The position numbers and the translations under genes were made by a program. A DNA stretch of 64,000 nucleotides from Lingula anatina (Eukaryota > Animalia > Brachiopoda), in NCBI GenBank assembly GCA_051362555.1, contig CM120649.1, positions 124,001 to 188,000 on the forward strand, given 5' to 3'. Below, one piece after another: positions 54,501 through 61,216 of this stretch. How positions within the stretch are numbered: position 1 is the first letter of the stretch; each line of letters starts with the position of its first letter. The notes under the pieces are model-generated. The model made no database searches. It saw only the letters and a program-made list of their open reading frames with translations, and had not been told where the DNA came from.

Positions 54501-57500
54501 ACTACAGTTTCTCGTTATTTCTCTCCTCGTGGAATCATCTCTCGCAGTAATCATTGTTCCCTTTTTACGACATATTGTAAGTGGTGTGGATTCATATGGT
54601 GTTTGGGATTTATTGCATTTGGTGTTCTTCAAGAGAACTGTATCACCCACTGTTAACGTAGATTTCTTAACATTTGTTTTACGATCGGCATAGTATTTCA
54701 TCTTTTTCTTGCTGTTTTGGTCATTACGCCTGATTTTAGAATCAGTGTTTGGTGTTTGAGGCACATGTGGAAGTTTACAGCCGATATCCCTTCCGAAAAG
54801 AGCGGTTGCGGGAGGAATACCAGTGGAAGTATGTGGCGTTGTTCTGTAATCAAGGAGAAAATCATTCATGGCTTGTTTCCAGTTGCGCTTTGTTGCGATG
54901 GCACCCTTGATAGACTTTTTTAAAGGGCCCATAAAACGCTCTGTTACTCCATTTGCCTGAGGCCACAGTGGTGTTATCTTTCGGTGTTTGAATCCCGTTT
55001 TCTCGGCATAATCTGCAAAGTCATTTCCATTGAATGGAGGCCCATTATCCGTTTTTAATACCGATGGTATGCCGAACTCTGCAAATACTTTATCCAACCG
55101 TGGGATAACACTCTGTGCTGAAGTCGAGGTCAAAATTTCAACAATGACGTATTGTGTGTATTCATCAGTTATCACTAAAAGTTTGTGACCACTCGGTCCT
55201 TCTCCAAAATCAGCACTAACTTCTGTCCAAGGAACGATTGGAAGATCTGTCATGCGAAGCGGCTCTCGCGTGATAATCTTCGTTGAAATTTGACAGTGTT
55301 TACACGATTTCACTGTGTCTTCGACAAGTTTATGCATTCTAGGAAACCACACCTTCTCGCGTAGTAAAGCAACAGTTTTCACAATCCCTTGATGTCCGCT
55401 ATGTGCAATACTCACGGCATGGCTATATAAACTTTCCGGCAAAACTATTTGTCGTCCTTTCAGAATTATTCCGTCAGGGTTTGAGATAGAAAGCTCCGAA
55501 CGACACTGATAAATGTTTTGGAAAATACTGAAATTCCCTTGTGGAGTCCAGTCATTTGTGACCATAGCATTTTTCACCGCTGCAAGTGTCACATCCTTTT
55601 CGGTTTCCTCTTTCACCATTTCAAGGGTCATTGCTTTTGGTTTCGAAGTACAGGCTAGATAATGAAGATACTCCTCTGCTATTATTTCCTCGGTACTTGA
55701 TGATAACTGATCAGTCTGATGTGTGGGGTGTCGGCTCAAGTAATCAGCAGGGTTGTCATGCCCTGGACGATACACAACCGTCATCTGGTAGGATTGTGTT
55801 TTCATGATCCAACGCTCGATACGCGCCGAAAGCTGGGCCTTGGGGTTGTTAAAGAGGCTCACAAGGGGTTTGTGGTCAGTGTGCACAATAAAATGGGCTC
55901 CGAATAAATAAATGTGAAAATGTCCACAGGCCCATGTGATTGCTAAAGCCTCTCGCTCGGTCTGTGAGTATCGCTGTTCTGTAGGAGTAAGCGCTCTGCT
56001 GGCGTACTGTATAACGCGGCCGTCCTGTGTTAATACAGCAGATATGCCTACCGGACTCGCATCTGTGTATACCTCCGAGGTTTTCGACGGGTTGAAGTAC
56101 GCTAAAGTCGTTGCTTGGCTTAACTTTGACTTGAGTTCCTTCACAGCATCATCGTGTTTAGATGTCCAAGACCATGGTGTGTTTTTCTTTGTTAGCTCAC
56201 GTAAATCATGTGTTAATGACGCGTAATTTGGAATGAATTGCGACCCACAGAAATTCGTCATTCCTAAGAAACTCCTGACTTCTGTAGCGTTGGTTGGATT
56301 GGGGAGATTTAATATGTTTTCAATTTTGCTGTGGCTTGGTTTGATACCCTCCGCGCCAAAAACGTGCCCTAAAAATTCTAATGATGTTTGATTGAATTCA
56401 CATTTCTCTGCGTTGAGTGTTAGATTTCTTTCGCGCAAACGTTGAAAAAGAGCACGTAGGTTGTTGTCGTGGTCAGATTGCGATGTCCCGTAACACAAAA
56501 TGTCATCACTGATGTTCACGACTCCTTTCAAACCAGACAAAGCTTGTCTAATGCTTTCCTGGAATATTTCACTTGCTGAATTCACTCCAAAAAATAATCG
56601 ACGGTATCTGTAGAGGCCAAGATGAGTGGCAAATGTAGTGATATAACGAGAATCTTCGTGTAATTCAAGTTGATTGTACCCCTGATTAAGATCAAGTTTC
56701 GAAAAATAGCAGGCGCCAGTCAACATTGTTTTTAATTCATCAAGCGTCGGTGTTGCATGTCTTTCTCTTCTAATCGCCTTGTTTGCTGCGCGCATATCTA
56801 CACAGACACGTACCTTCCCAGGTGATTTCGGTTTGGGAACAACTACGATGGGAGACACCCAGGGCGTAGGACCTGTAGCTTTCTCTATGACACCCTGTTC
56901 CTCATCCTTTTTAATCTGTTCCTCTATGTGTTTCCTAACGTGGAACGGAATGCGTCTATAACGCTGTGCTACGGGTTGTATGTTGTCGTCGATGTGAAGT
57001 TTTATCTCACCTTGCTTCAAACAACCAAGGCCATGGAAAATATCAGAAAATTCATCGTTCAATTTGATATGCTTGGAATGAATGTGATCACAACTCTTTA
57101 TTAATTGCAATTGTTGAGACGTATGCCAACTGAGAATAGGTTTCTCTCTGCCAGCTACCACACAAAACTTTGCGTCACAGCTAATTGCTCCAACCTGTAA
57201 GTGAGACGTGAATTTTCCCAACACATGAACTGAATTGTTTTCACTGCCATAGGCCTTGATTTTAGTACTTGAAATATGTAACGTTGGTCTTGGTTGTAAT
57301 TTATTGTACTCAAATTCAGAAATCAAATTTACAGTAGAGCCTGAATCAGCTAGAAAAATTATTTTCCTACCGTTCATCTCTATTTCAAAATGTGGGAGTT
57401 GGTCCATGTTCTCGGTCACTGCATGCGCTGCGAAGACATATCCATCCTCATCAGATCCTGTGCATTCTTTCTCATTTTCAGTCACATCAGAATTTGCACG

Positions 57501-59329
57501 TAGACAATTCACATTGTTCTGACGGCGATGAGGCACGCGTTTAGGTTTTACGGCGTAGCGCTTGTTAGATGTAGCTGAAGATGATGGTTGCTGACCCGAT
57601 CTGCACATCGATGCGAAATGATGAAGCCGTTTACAAGAGAAACATTCCTTGTTGAAGGCCGGACACTTCGACCGTCCACCCACATGTGGCCATTCTCCTC
57701 CACAATTACGGCATTGTGAAAATGCTTGACTACCTGTCGAACTCCTGACTTGCACCCTGTTAACCGCGGGTTCATCCATGCGCTGTGTATGTGAAGTGAC
57801 AAGTTGTTCTGTACGCGCATACTGCAAAAGTTGTGATAATGTCATGGACGGGTTACTTAAGCCCTTCTGTCGGACTTTCTGAGATTTACATCCCATAATC
57901 AATTGTGATTTTATCTCTGATTCCAAGTCATGAAAACTGCACAGTTTACCAATATCTTGAAGCTCTCTATAAAATTCGTCAATGTCCTCTCCTTTCTGCG
58001 TAGCGTGTCGAAATGAAAATTTATTCAATTCAACATTGATTGAAGGTGAAAAATAGTCAGTGATAGCATCAACACATTTCGTAAACTCGTCTTCTCCTTC
58101 TCCGGGGGTTAGTTGAAATGTGCTGAAAGATTCGACGATGTCATTTAACTCGTCGCCGGCGAAAGATAGCATGAGTGCCTTCTTCTTTTTCGGACTTGTT
58201 ATACCATAACCAACAAATACGTTGTTTTTCAATCTGTTTATCCATTTTCTCCATCTAATGGCAACGCCTTCTGACTTACAGTCAAATTCATGATAAGTAG
58301 GTATCTGTATAGATGGGCTCGCCATTGTGACTGTTCAACGAGTTACACTGCGCTCATTCAATTTCGCTATAGTCAATGTTTATATATATTCTTACTTGTT
58401 ACTTTCCTCCCTTGTGAGATTGTTCCATCCTTGTCGCCAGATATGGTATTGTAACAACAATTTATATAAAAGATTAAAATGTTTATTACAGAATTAAAAG
58501 TCCATGTCTCACATGCCACGTCGCATCCCGACTTCCCGCTTCACACTCATGACCTCTGACCTACATCACGTGGCTTATTACATCATTACATCACAGGTAT
58601 CTTGCAAAATTGCTTTCAGCTTAAGCAGCTTAGATGTCTGGCATGCCTACTGAAGCTGCTAAACGATAGTTAATTACCCACTAGCAGTTGATTGCAATTT
58701 AGCGAGAATCCCCTTAGAGATAGATCAATCCACATTTCTGGTAATGGTCCCAACGACACGTGTAAAAAAAAAAGAAATTTGATGCTGTCATACAAACAGG
58801 TAACACTGAGAAATTTGATGAACATCTTCCAGGATCTAAAGAGAGAGGTAGCTGGCAGTTTGTGTTATGATTTTTACTTTCTGAGACAGACTCAGAAATC
58901 CTCTTCATCCAAAATGACATTTAAGAAATGAAAGAAAGAAACGTAGATCTCTAAAGTGGATTCATGACAGATAAACAGTTTCATGAACAGTCATGATATG
59001 ATTATAATTGGTGATTAAGGAAAAAAATGTGAGATGGAACTTCTTCAGAAAGTTAAGTAGTTACATTATAATGGTATAAAAGTTTACATGGACAAGTCAT
59101 TCTTGTTATCAAGACTTTTCTTTATGAAGACTCTAAAGGACAGGCCTACTATTGCAAAAAAAATGGTTGATCTCTTTAGAAACAGTTTATTGCCATTTAC
59201 CATTATCATTATTTACAGGCTCGTCAGCTAGTTCAGTTAATATGCTACCCAGACGGAAGTGAGGAGAACTTTGAAGAGACTGATTCACCTCAAAACCAGC
59301 AGAGAGCTAGCATTAAAAGACTCTTGCAG
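27582..59329 (+). CDS. MED12: Mediator of RNA polymerase II transcription subunit 12 (MED12/kohtalo), 25 coding exons in window, 3' end beyond window
   Basis: The N-terminus [31 protein letters not shown]|[14 protein letters not shown] matches the conserved MED12 N-terminus. Later exons carry [58 protein letters not shown] and [14 protein letters not shown]. All junctions are GT-AG and phase-compatible, summing to 4014 nt. Confidence 0.96.
28003..28711 (-). mobile_element. Tandem-array TRIM-like non-autonomous LTR element: four 132-bp LTRs separated by three ~60-bp internal segments; each LTR contains a tRNA-like sequence
   Basis: LTRs 28003-28134, 28196-28327, 28388-28519, 28580-28711 with TGTAG...CTACA termini; ATTC target duplication (27999-28002 / 28712-28715); on the minus strand a PBS TGGTGGCAGCGGTG follows an LTR and a purine tract precedes the next. 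Confidence 0.82.
28036..28109 (-). tRNA. tRNA-like sequence (anticodon TGT, Thr-type; probably pseudo-tRNA), copy 1 of 4 (others 28229-28302, 28421-28494, 28613-28686)
   Basis: GGCCGGG-TAGCTCAGTAGGTAAGAGC-A-CTCGC-CCTGTAA-GCGAG-GGGTC-CCGGG-TTCGATT-CCTGG-TCTGGTC-G folds as a cloverleaf with A and B boxes and is followed by TTTTT. C at position 33 and three G-U acceptor pairs argue against a translating tRNA. Confidence 0.6.
29042..29149 (+). CDS. MED12: MED12 exon 2
   Basis: tttcag|[36 protein letters not shown]|gtaagt. Confidence 0.93.
29484..29591 (+). CDS. MED12: MED12 exon 3
   Basis: tttcag|[36 protein letters not shown]|gtaagt. Confidence 0.92.
30121..30204 (+). CDS. MED12: MED12 exon 4
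   Basis: tttaag|[28 protein letters not shown]|gtaaaa. Confidence 0.92.
30594..30756 (+). CDS. MED12: MED12 exon 5
   Basis: aacag|[34 protein letters not shown]...IDPSS-G|gtaaga, phase 1; first donor of an 18-copy array. Confidence 0.9.
30729..31279 (+). repeat. 30-bp tandem repeat (18 donor copies) spanning the exon 5 donor
   Basis: unit AAGAAAYAGAACATAGACCCTTCTAGTG|GT. Confidence 0.97.
31414..31763 (+). repeat. 72-bp tandem repeat (5 acceptor copies) spanning the exon 6 acceptor
   Basis: CAG|ACTGGACCATCACAATCTACAG with AG ending at 31456, 31528, 31600, 31672, 31741. Confidence 0.95.
31742..31926 (+). CDS. MED12: MED12 exon 6
   Basis: ctccag|(D)[20 protein letters not shown]...[15 protein letters not shown]|gtaacc; last of five tandem acceptors. 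Confidence 0.9.
32401..32511 (+). CDS. MED12: MED12 exon 7
   Basis: ccccag|[37 protein letters not shown]|gttagt. Confidence 0.92.
32689..32865 (+). repeat. 89-bp duplication spanning the exon 8 acceptor
   Basis: TGTTGTCCTATCATTCCAG|TATGTAGATGAG...AAAAAGTTG occurs twice; acceptors end at 32707 and 32796. Confidence 0.95.
32797..32939 (+). CDS. MED12: MED12 exon 8
   Basis: ttccag|[29 protein letters not shown]...|gtaggt; second of two duplicated acceptors. Confidence 0.88.
35687..35948 (+). CDS. MED12: MED12 exon 9
   Basis: ttccag|...[28 protein letters not shown]...[24 protein letters not shown]|gtgact. Confidence 0.92.
36128..36227 (+). CDS. MED12: MED12 exon 10
   Basis: ctccag|[33 protein letters not shown]|gtaggg. 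Confidence 0.92.
36722..36855 (+). CDS. MED12: MED12 exon 11
   Basis: tttcag|(G)[35 protein letters not shown]...QE|gtgtgt. Confidence 0.9.
37029..37160 (+). CDS. MED12: MED12 exon 12
   Basis: ttccag|[44 protein letters not shown]|gtaata; contains the LCEWAV motif. Confidence 0.94.
37479..37602 (+). CDS. MED12: MED12 exon 13
   Basis: cttcag|[15 protein letters not shown]...[18 protein letters not shown]|gtgtgt; an in-frame alternative acceptor lies 6 nt downstream. Confidence 0.87.
37905..38122 (+). CDS. MED12: MED12 exon 14
   Basis: acatag|...[32 protein letters not shown]...KPE|gtggaa. Confidence 0.9.
38533..39039. repeat. 36-bp intronic minisatellite, about 14 copies
   Basis: unit CAGGCTAAGTTGATTATCATGTTATCAATGTGTGAC and variants. 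Confidence 0.95.
39085..39187 (+). CDS. MED12: MED12 exon 15 (acidic linker)
   Basis: tttaag|[34 protein letters not shown]|gtaaat; its phase 0 to 1 change bridges exons 14 and 16. Confidence 0.8.
40020..40251. repeat. 59-bp intronic minisatellite, 4 copies in an alternating A/B pattern
   Basis: unit TACACAACAGTTACTGTAGTATCACTGCTAYGTTGTCYACAGTTGGAAGTAGACATTT. Confidence 0.93.
40636..40710 (+). CDS. Candidate 75-nt symmetric cassette exon of MED12
   Basis: cttctctcag|...ATAG|gtataa; phase 1-1, open in the MED12 frame ([25 protein letters not shown]); no homology recognised. Confidence 0.4.
44016..44566 (+). CDS. MED12: MED12 exon 16
   Basis: cttcag|...[40 protein letters not shown]...FLFDLME...FCIQ|gtaggt. 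Confidence 0.94.
44706..44872 (+). CDS. MED12: MED12 exon 17
   Basis: cttag|PLKEF...[24 protein letters not shown]...FE|gtgagt. Confidence 0.9.
45250..45358 (+). CDS. MED12: MED12 exon 18
   Basis: ttacag|[36 protein letters not shown]|gtaaga. Confidence 0.94.
45733..45863 (+). CDS. MED12: MED12 exon 19
   Basis: tcacag|[36 protein letters not shown]...|gtaagt. Confidence 0.92.
46207..46317 (+). CDS. MED12: MED12 exon 20
   Basis: ttttag|...[22 protein letters not shown]...|gtgagc. Confidence 0.91.
46321..46813. repeat. 50-bp minisatellite, about 10 copies, starting at +4 of intron 20
   Basis: unit AGCCTGGGGTCCTCTCAAGGCTGGTTTAGAACYAAGATAATCTGTTGACT. Confidence 0.96.
46900..47125. repeat. ~56-bp minisatellite, 4 copies
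   Basis: unit CAGTTAGTCCCTGGATCATCATGGTTTTAAACAGGCCCTTACACTATTCTACTGA. Confidence 0.93.
48673..50333 (+). mobile_element. Tc1/mariner (DD34E) DNA transposon, 1661 bp, nested in the HINE satellite
   Basis: TIR CAGGGTTACCACTTAATATGGAATATT at both ends; TA duplicated at 48671-48672 and 50334-50335; the flanks rejoin into one satellite unit. Confidence 0.93.
49294..49968 (+). pseudogene. Degenerate Tc1 transposase (catalytic region)
   Basis: [41 protein letters not shown]; in-frame TAA at 49513-49515 and a disrupted N-terminus. Confidence 0.9.
51285..51556 (+). CDS. MED12: MED12 exon 21
   Basis: ttaaag|[33 protein letters not shown]...[10 protein letters not shown]|gtaaga; first of six donors. 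Confidence 0.92.
51542..51714 (+). repeat. 30-bp tandem repeat (6 donor copies) spanning the exon 21 donor
   Basis: unit CAKCTTGCCCCTCAG|GTAAGAAATATTTGA. Confidence 0.96.
52255..52470 (+). CDS. MED12: MED12 exon 22
   Basis: tttcag|[22 protein letters not shown]...[10 protein letters not shown]...AVLKAMLVL|gtaact; first of four donors. Confidence 0.92.
52421..52811 (+). repeat. 111-bp tandem repeat (4 donor copies) spanning the exon 22 donor
   Basis: GT donors at 52471, 52582, 52693, 52804, each preceded by the last 50 nt of the exon. Confidence 0.96.
52957..53077 (+). CDS. MED12: MED12 exon 23
   Basis: ttccag|[13 protein letters not shown]...DDDSDRRY|gtaagt; phase 1 to 2 fits both neighbours. 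Confidence 0.8.
53495..53651 (+). CDS. MED12: MED12 exon 24
   Basis: tttcag|[35 protein letters not shown]...LSPAQ|gtaaca; first of 13 donors. Confidence 0.92.
53632..54099 (+). repeat. 36-bp tandem repeat (13 donor copies) spanning the exon 24 donor
   Basis: unit TGATGTTGTCAYCTGCACAG|GTAACATTRARAAATA. Confidence 0.96.
54167..58595 (-). mobile_element. Full-length Ty3/Gypsy LTR retrotransposon (Mag-like), antisense in MED12 intron 24
   Basis: Identical 154-bp LTRs (54167-54320, 58442-58595); 5-bp TSD GGTAT; PBS TGGCGACAAGGATGG (58425-58439); purine tract before the 3' LTR; intact ORF. Confidence 0.96.
54480..58325 (-). CDS. Gag-Pol polyprotein (1281 aa): gag zinc knuckles, aspartic protease, RT, RNase H, integrase
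   Basis: [32 protein letters not shown]...RVCVDMR, FSKLDL, NISDDIL, TDAS...[10 protein letters not shown]...TDHKPL, AHSGHQG...[12 protein letters not shown]...ANGVTER; RT-RH-INT order indicates Gypsy. Confidence 0.96.
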   Translation of the reverse strand: MASPSIQIPTYHEFDCKSEGVAIRWRKWINRLKNNVFVGYGITSPKKKKALMLSFAGDELNDIVESFSTFQLTPGEGEDEFTKCVDAITDYFSPSINVELNKFSFRHATQKGEDIDEFYRELQDIGKLCSFHDLESEIKSQLIMGCKSQKVRQKGLSNPSMTLSQLLQYARTEQLVTSHTQRMDEPAVNRVQVRSSTGSQAFSQCRNCGGEWPHVGGRSKCPAFNKECFSCKRLHHFASMCRSGQQPSSSATSNKRYAVKPKRVPHRRQNNVNCLRANSDVTENEKECTGSDEDGYVFAAHAVTENMDQLPHFEIEMNGRKIIFLADSGSTVNLISEFEYNKLQPRPTLHISSTKIKAYGSENNSVHVLGKFTSHLQVGAISCDAKFCVVAGREKPILSWHTSQQLQLIKSCDHIHSKHIKLNDEFSDIFHGLGCLKQGEIKLHIDDNIQPVAQRYRRIPFHVRKHIEEQIKKDEEQGVIEKATGPTPWVSPIVVVPKPKSPGKVRVCVDMRAANKAIRRERHATPTLDELKTMLTGACYFSKLDLNQGYNQLELHEDSRYITTFATHLGLYRYRRLFFGVNSASEIFQESIRQALSGLKGVVNISDDILCYGTSQSDHDNNLRALFQRLRERNLTLNAEKCEFNQTSLEFLGHVFGAEGIKPSHSKIENILNLPNPTNATEVRSFLGMTNFCGSQFIPNYASLTHDLRELTKKNTPWSWTSKHDDAVKELKSKLSQATTLAYFNPSKTSEVYTDASPVGISAVLTQDGRVIQYASRALTPTEQRYSQTEREALAITWACGHFHIYLFGAHFIVHTDHKPLVSLFNNPKAQLSARIERWIMKTQSYQMTVVYRPGHDNPADYLSRHPTHQTDQLSSSTEEIIAEEYLHYLACTSKPKAMTLEMVKEETEKDVTLAAVKNAMVTNDWTPQGNFSIFQNIYQCRSELSISNPDGIILKGRQIVLPESLYSHAVSIAHSGHQGIVKTVALLREKVWFPRMHKLVEDTVKSCKHCQISTKIITREPLRMTDLPIVPWTEVSADFGEGPSGHKLLVITDEYTQYVIVEILTSTSAQSVIPRLDKVFAEFGIPSVLKTDNGPPFNGNDFADYAEKTGFKHRKITPLWPQANGVTERFMGPLKKSIKGAIATKRNWKQAMNDFLLDYRTTPHTSTGIPPATALFGRDIGCKLPHVPQTPNTDSKIRRNDQNSKKKMKYYADRKTNVKKSTLTVGDTVLLKNTKCNKSQTPYESTPLTICRKKGTMITARDDSTRREITRNCSFFKRFH
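59219..59329 (+). CDS. MED12: MED12 exon 25
   Basis: ttacag|[13 protein letters not shown]...[10 protein letters not shown]|gtaagg; first of 11 donors. Confidence 0.9.
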
Positions 59330-59614
59330 GTAAGGCCTGGGCTTAGACTCCTGCAGGTAAGACCTGGGCTTAGACTCCTGCAGGTAAGACCTGGGCTTAG
59401 ACTCCTGCAGGTAAGACCTGGGCTTAGACTCCTGCAGGTAAGACCTGGGCTTAGACTCCTACAGGTAAGACCTGGGCTTAGACTCCTGCAGGTAAGACCT
59501 GGGCTTAGACTCCTGCAGGTAAGACTTGGGCTAAGACTCCTGCAGGTAAGACCTGGGCTTAGACTCCTGCAGGTAAGACCTGGGCTTAGACTCCTGCAGG
59601 TAAGACCTGGGCTT
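59318..59614 (+). repeat. 27-bp tandem repeat (11 donor copies) spanning the exon 25 donor
   Basis: unit AGACTCCTGCAG|GTAAGACCTGGGCTT. Confidence 0.96.
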
Positions 59615-60874
59615 CCTTGTTTTACAAATCAGACCCAGCACTGCTATTACTTCTGTTGAAGTTATAGAATTTAGAATTAGTTCATTGGGCTACCCATTAT
59701 ACCGCTCCTGATTTGAAATTATTGTTTATGAAAGAATCACCTTTGGAAAAGTGTTTTCCCCTGATTTTCTCAAAGTCATAACCCAGTAATAAGTGTGGTA
59801 CGTGACTTTGCACAAAGAAGGAAGAAATGCCCTTTTGGAGGGTATTTAATGAATAGATGGAAGTCTCTCTATTTGTTGAACATTAAAGGGAACACAGATC
59901 TTCATTTTAACTGGAAAGTGCCATAAAATCCCATAAAAGTGCCATAAAATAAAATTAAATTATCTTCAATTGTATGAAATTATAGAACATATTACATCTA
60001 TGTCACAGGCCCAGTCCTAATCTAGTCTACTTCCTAAGTTGCCCAGACCACATCCTAATCGTGTCTTTGCATTGTTAACAGTGTAACAGGCAAGTTAATT
60101 GGTGTGTTTGTATTGCATGTGTAATTCTATAGAGGATGTCTTACATCAAGGTACACATTAAGATACTTACAGGTGTGCCAAATGAGATATAGTTGTATTT
60201 CATTACCTGTGATTTGTAAAATACTTCTGAGGATGATACTTTTAAGATATTGTTTAAGGAAAAGGCTTGAATATTGATTTGGTAACATTTACTAAAGAAA
60301 TTCAAATTAAAGGCCAGCTGCCATTTTTAATGTGTTATTTTAATTGTATACTTTTAGGTTTTGCATAGATTAGAGGAAAAGTCTGCCCCTTAATATTTTG
60401 TTTAGCTTTTTTGAAAATATCTCCATTTTCTTAAGGATAAATTACAAAGAAAAGTGGTATAGGGTTTTGGAAAAATAAGTAAAAAATGCTTTGTTTATTT
60501 AATAAAAATTATAAACTAATATAGTTGTATAACTCAGTTATGAAATAATACCCTGTGGAGTGCTATGTGAATATTGCATATTTGTTGATTTTCAAATGTT
60601 CTTCATCACAAAAGGCAACATTTTTAAAAAGCTCATTTTTGAGGCAAGGGAAATGTCCCTTACACAGACCCATTTTGATAACGAGAAAATTTTTTTTTTA
60701 TAACCTAGATATGTATATGTAGGTATAACACTAAAACTTTAGTGTGAGCTGGAAGTGCAGATGTGAATTTTTGTATTCAATATTTTGTTACTTTTATCCC
60801 TTTCTCTTGTTGCCTACAGTATTTGTGGAGCAGAAGGTCATATGTATGCAACATTCTTTGATGAGGTTATAGTT

Positions 60875-60914
<40 letters not shown>

Positions 60915-60920
<6 letters not shown>

Positions 60921-61076
60921 AAGACAAGAAAACGAACAAAGTTAATGTGTTCTCTCCATTTTAATTTTCATAAGTCCCTACAGCTGTTTCGGCCCGGAGG
61001 CCTCGTCAGGGGCATAAACAGATCAAAAATTTTTGAGAGAACAGATTAACTTTGTGCGTTTTCTTGTCTTTCTATA
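60915..61076. mobile_element. Small fold-back element (42-bp inverted repeats) enclosing the hammerhead; Penelope/retrozyme-like remnant
   Basis: 60915-60956 is the reverse complement of 61035-61076 with two mismatches; (CA)n and (TA)n tracts flank it. Confidence 0.55.
60976..61012 (-). ncRNA. Minimal type I hammerhead ribozyme motif
   Basis: Minus strand CCC-CTGACGA-GGCC-TCCG-GGCC-GAA-ACAGCTGT-A-GGG: complete CUGANGA/GAAA/UH core, 4-bp stem II, palindromic stem III, GUA cleavage triplet. Confidence 0.75.
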
Positions 61077-61140
61077 CTAGCTCCCCATGGTCCCTCTCCA
61101 TGGGTAGAGCACTTTTCCATAGTGTATCAACTATATTTTC

Positions 61141-61216
<76 letters not shown>

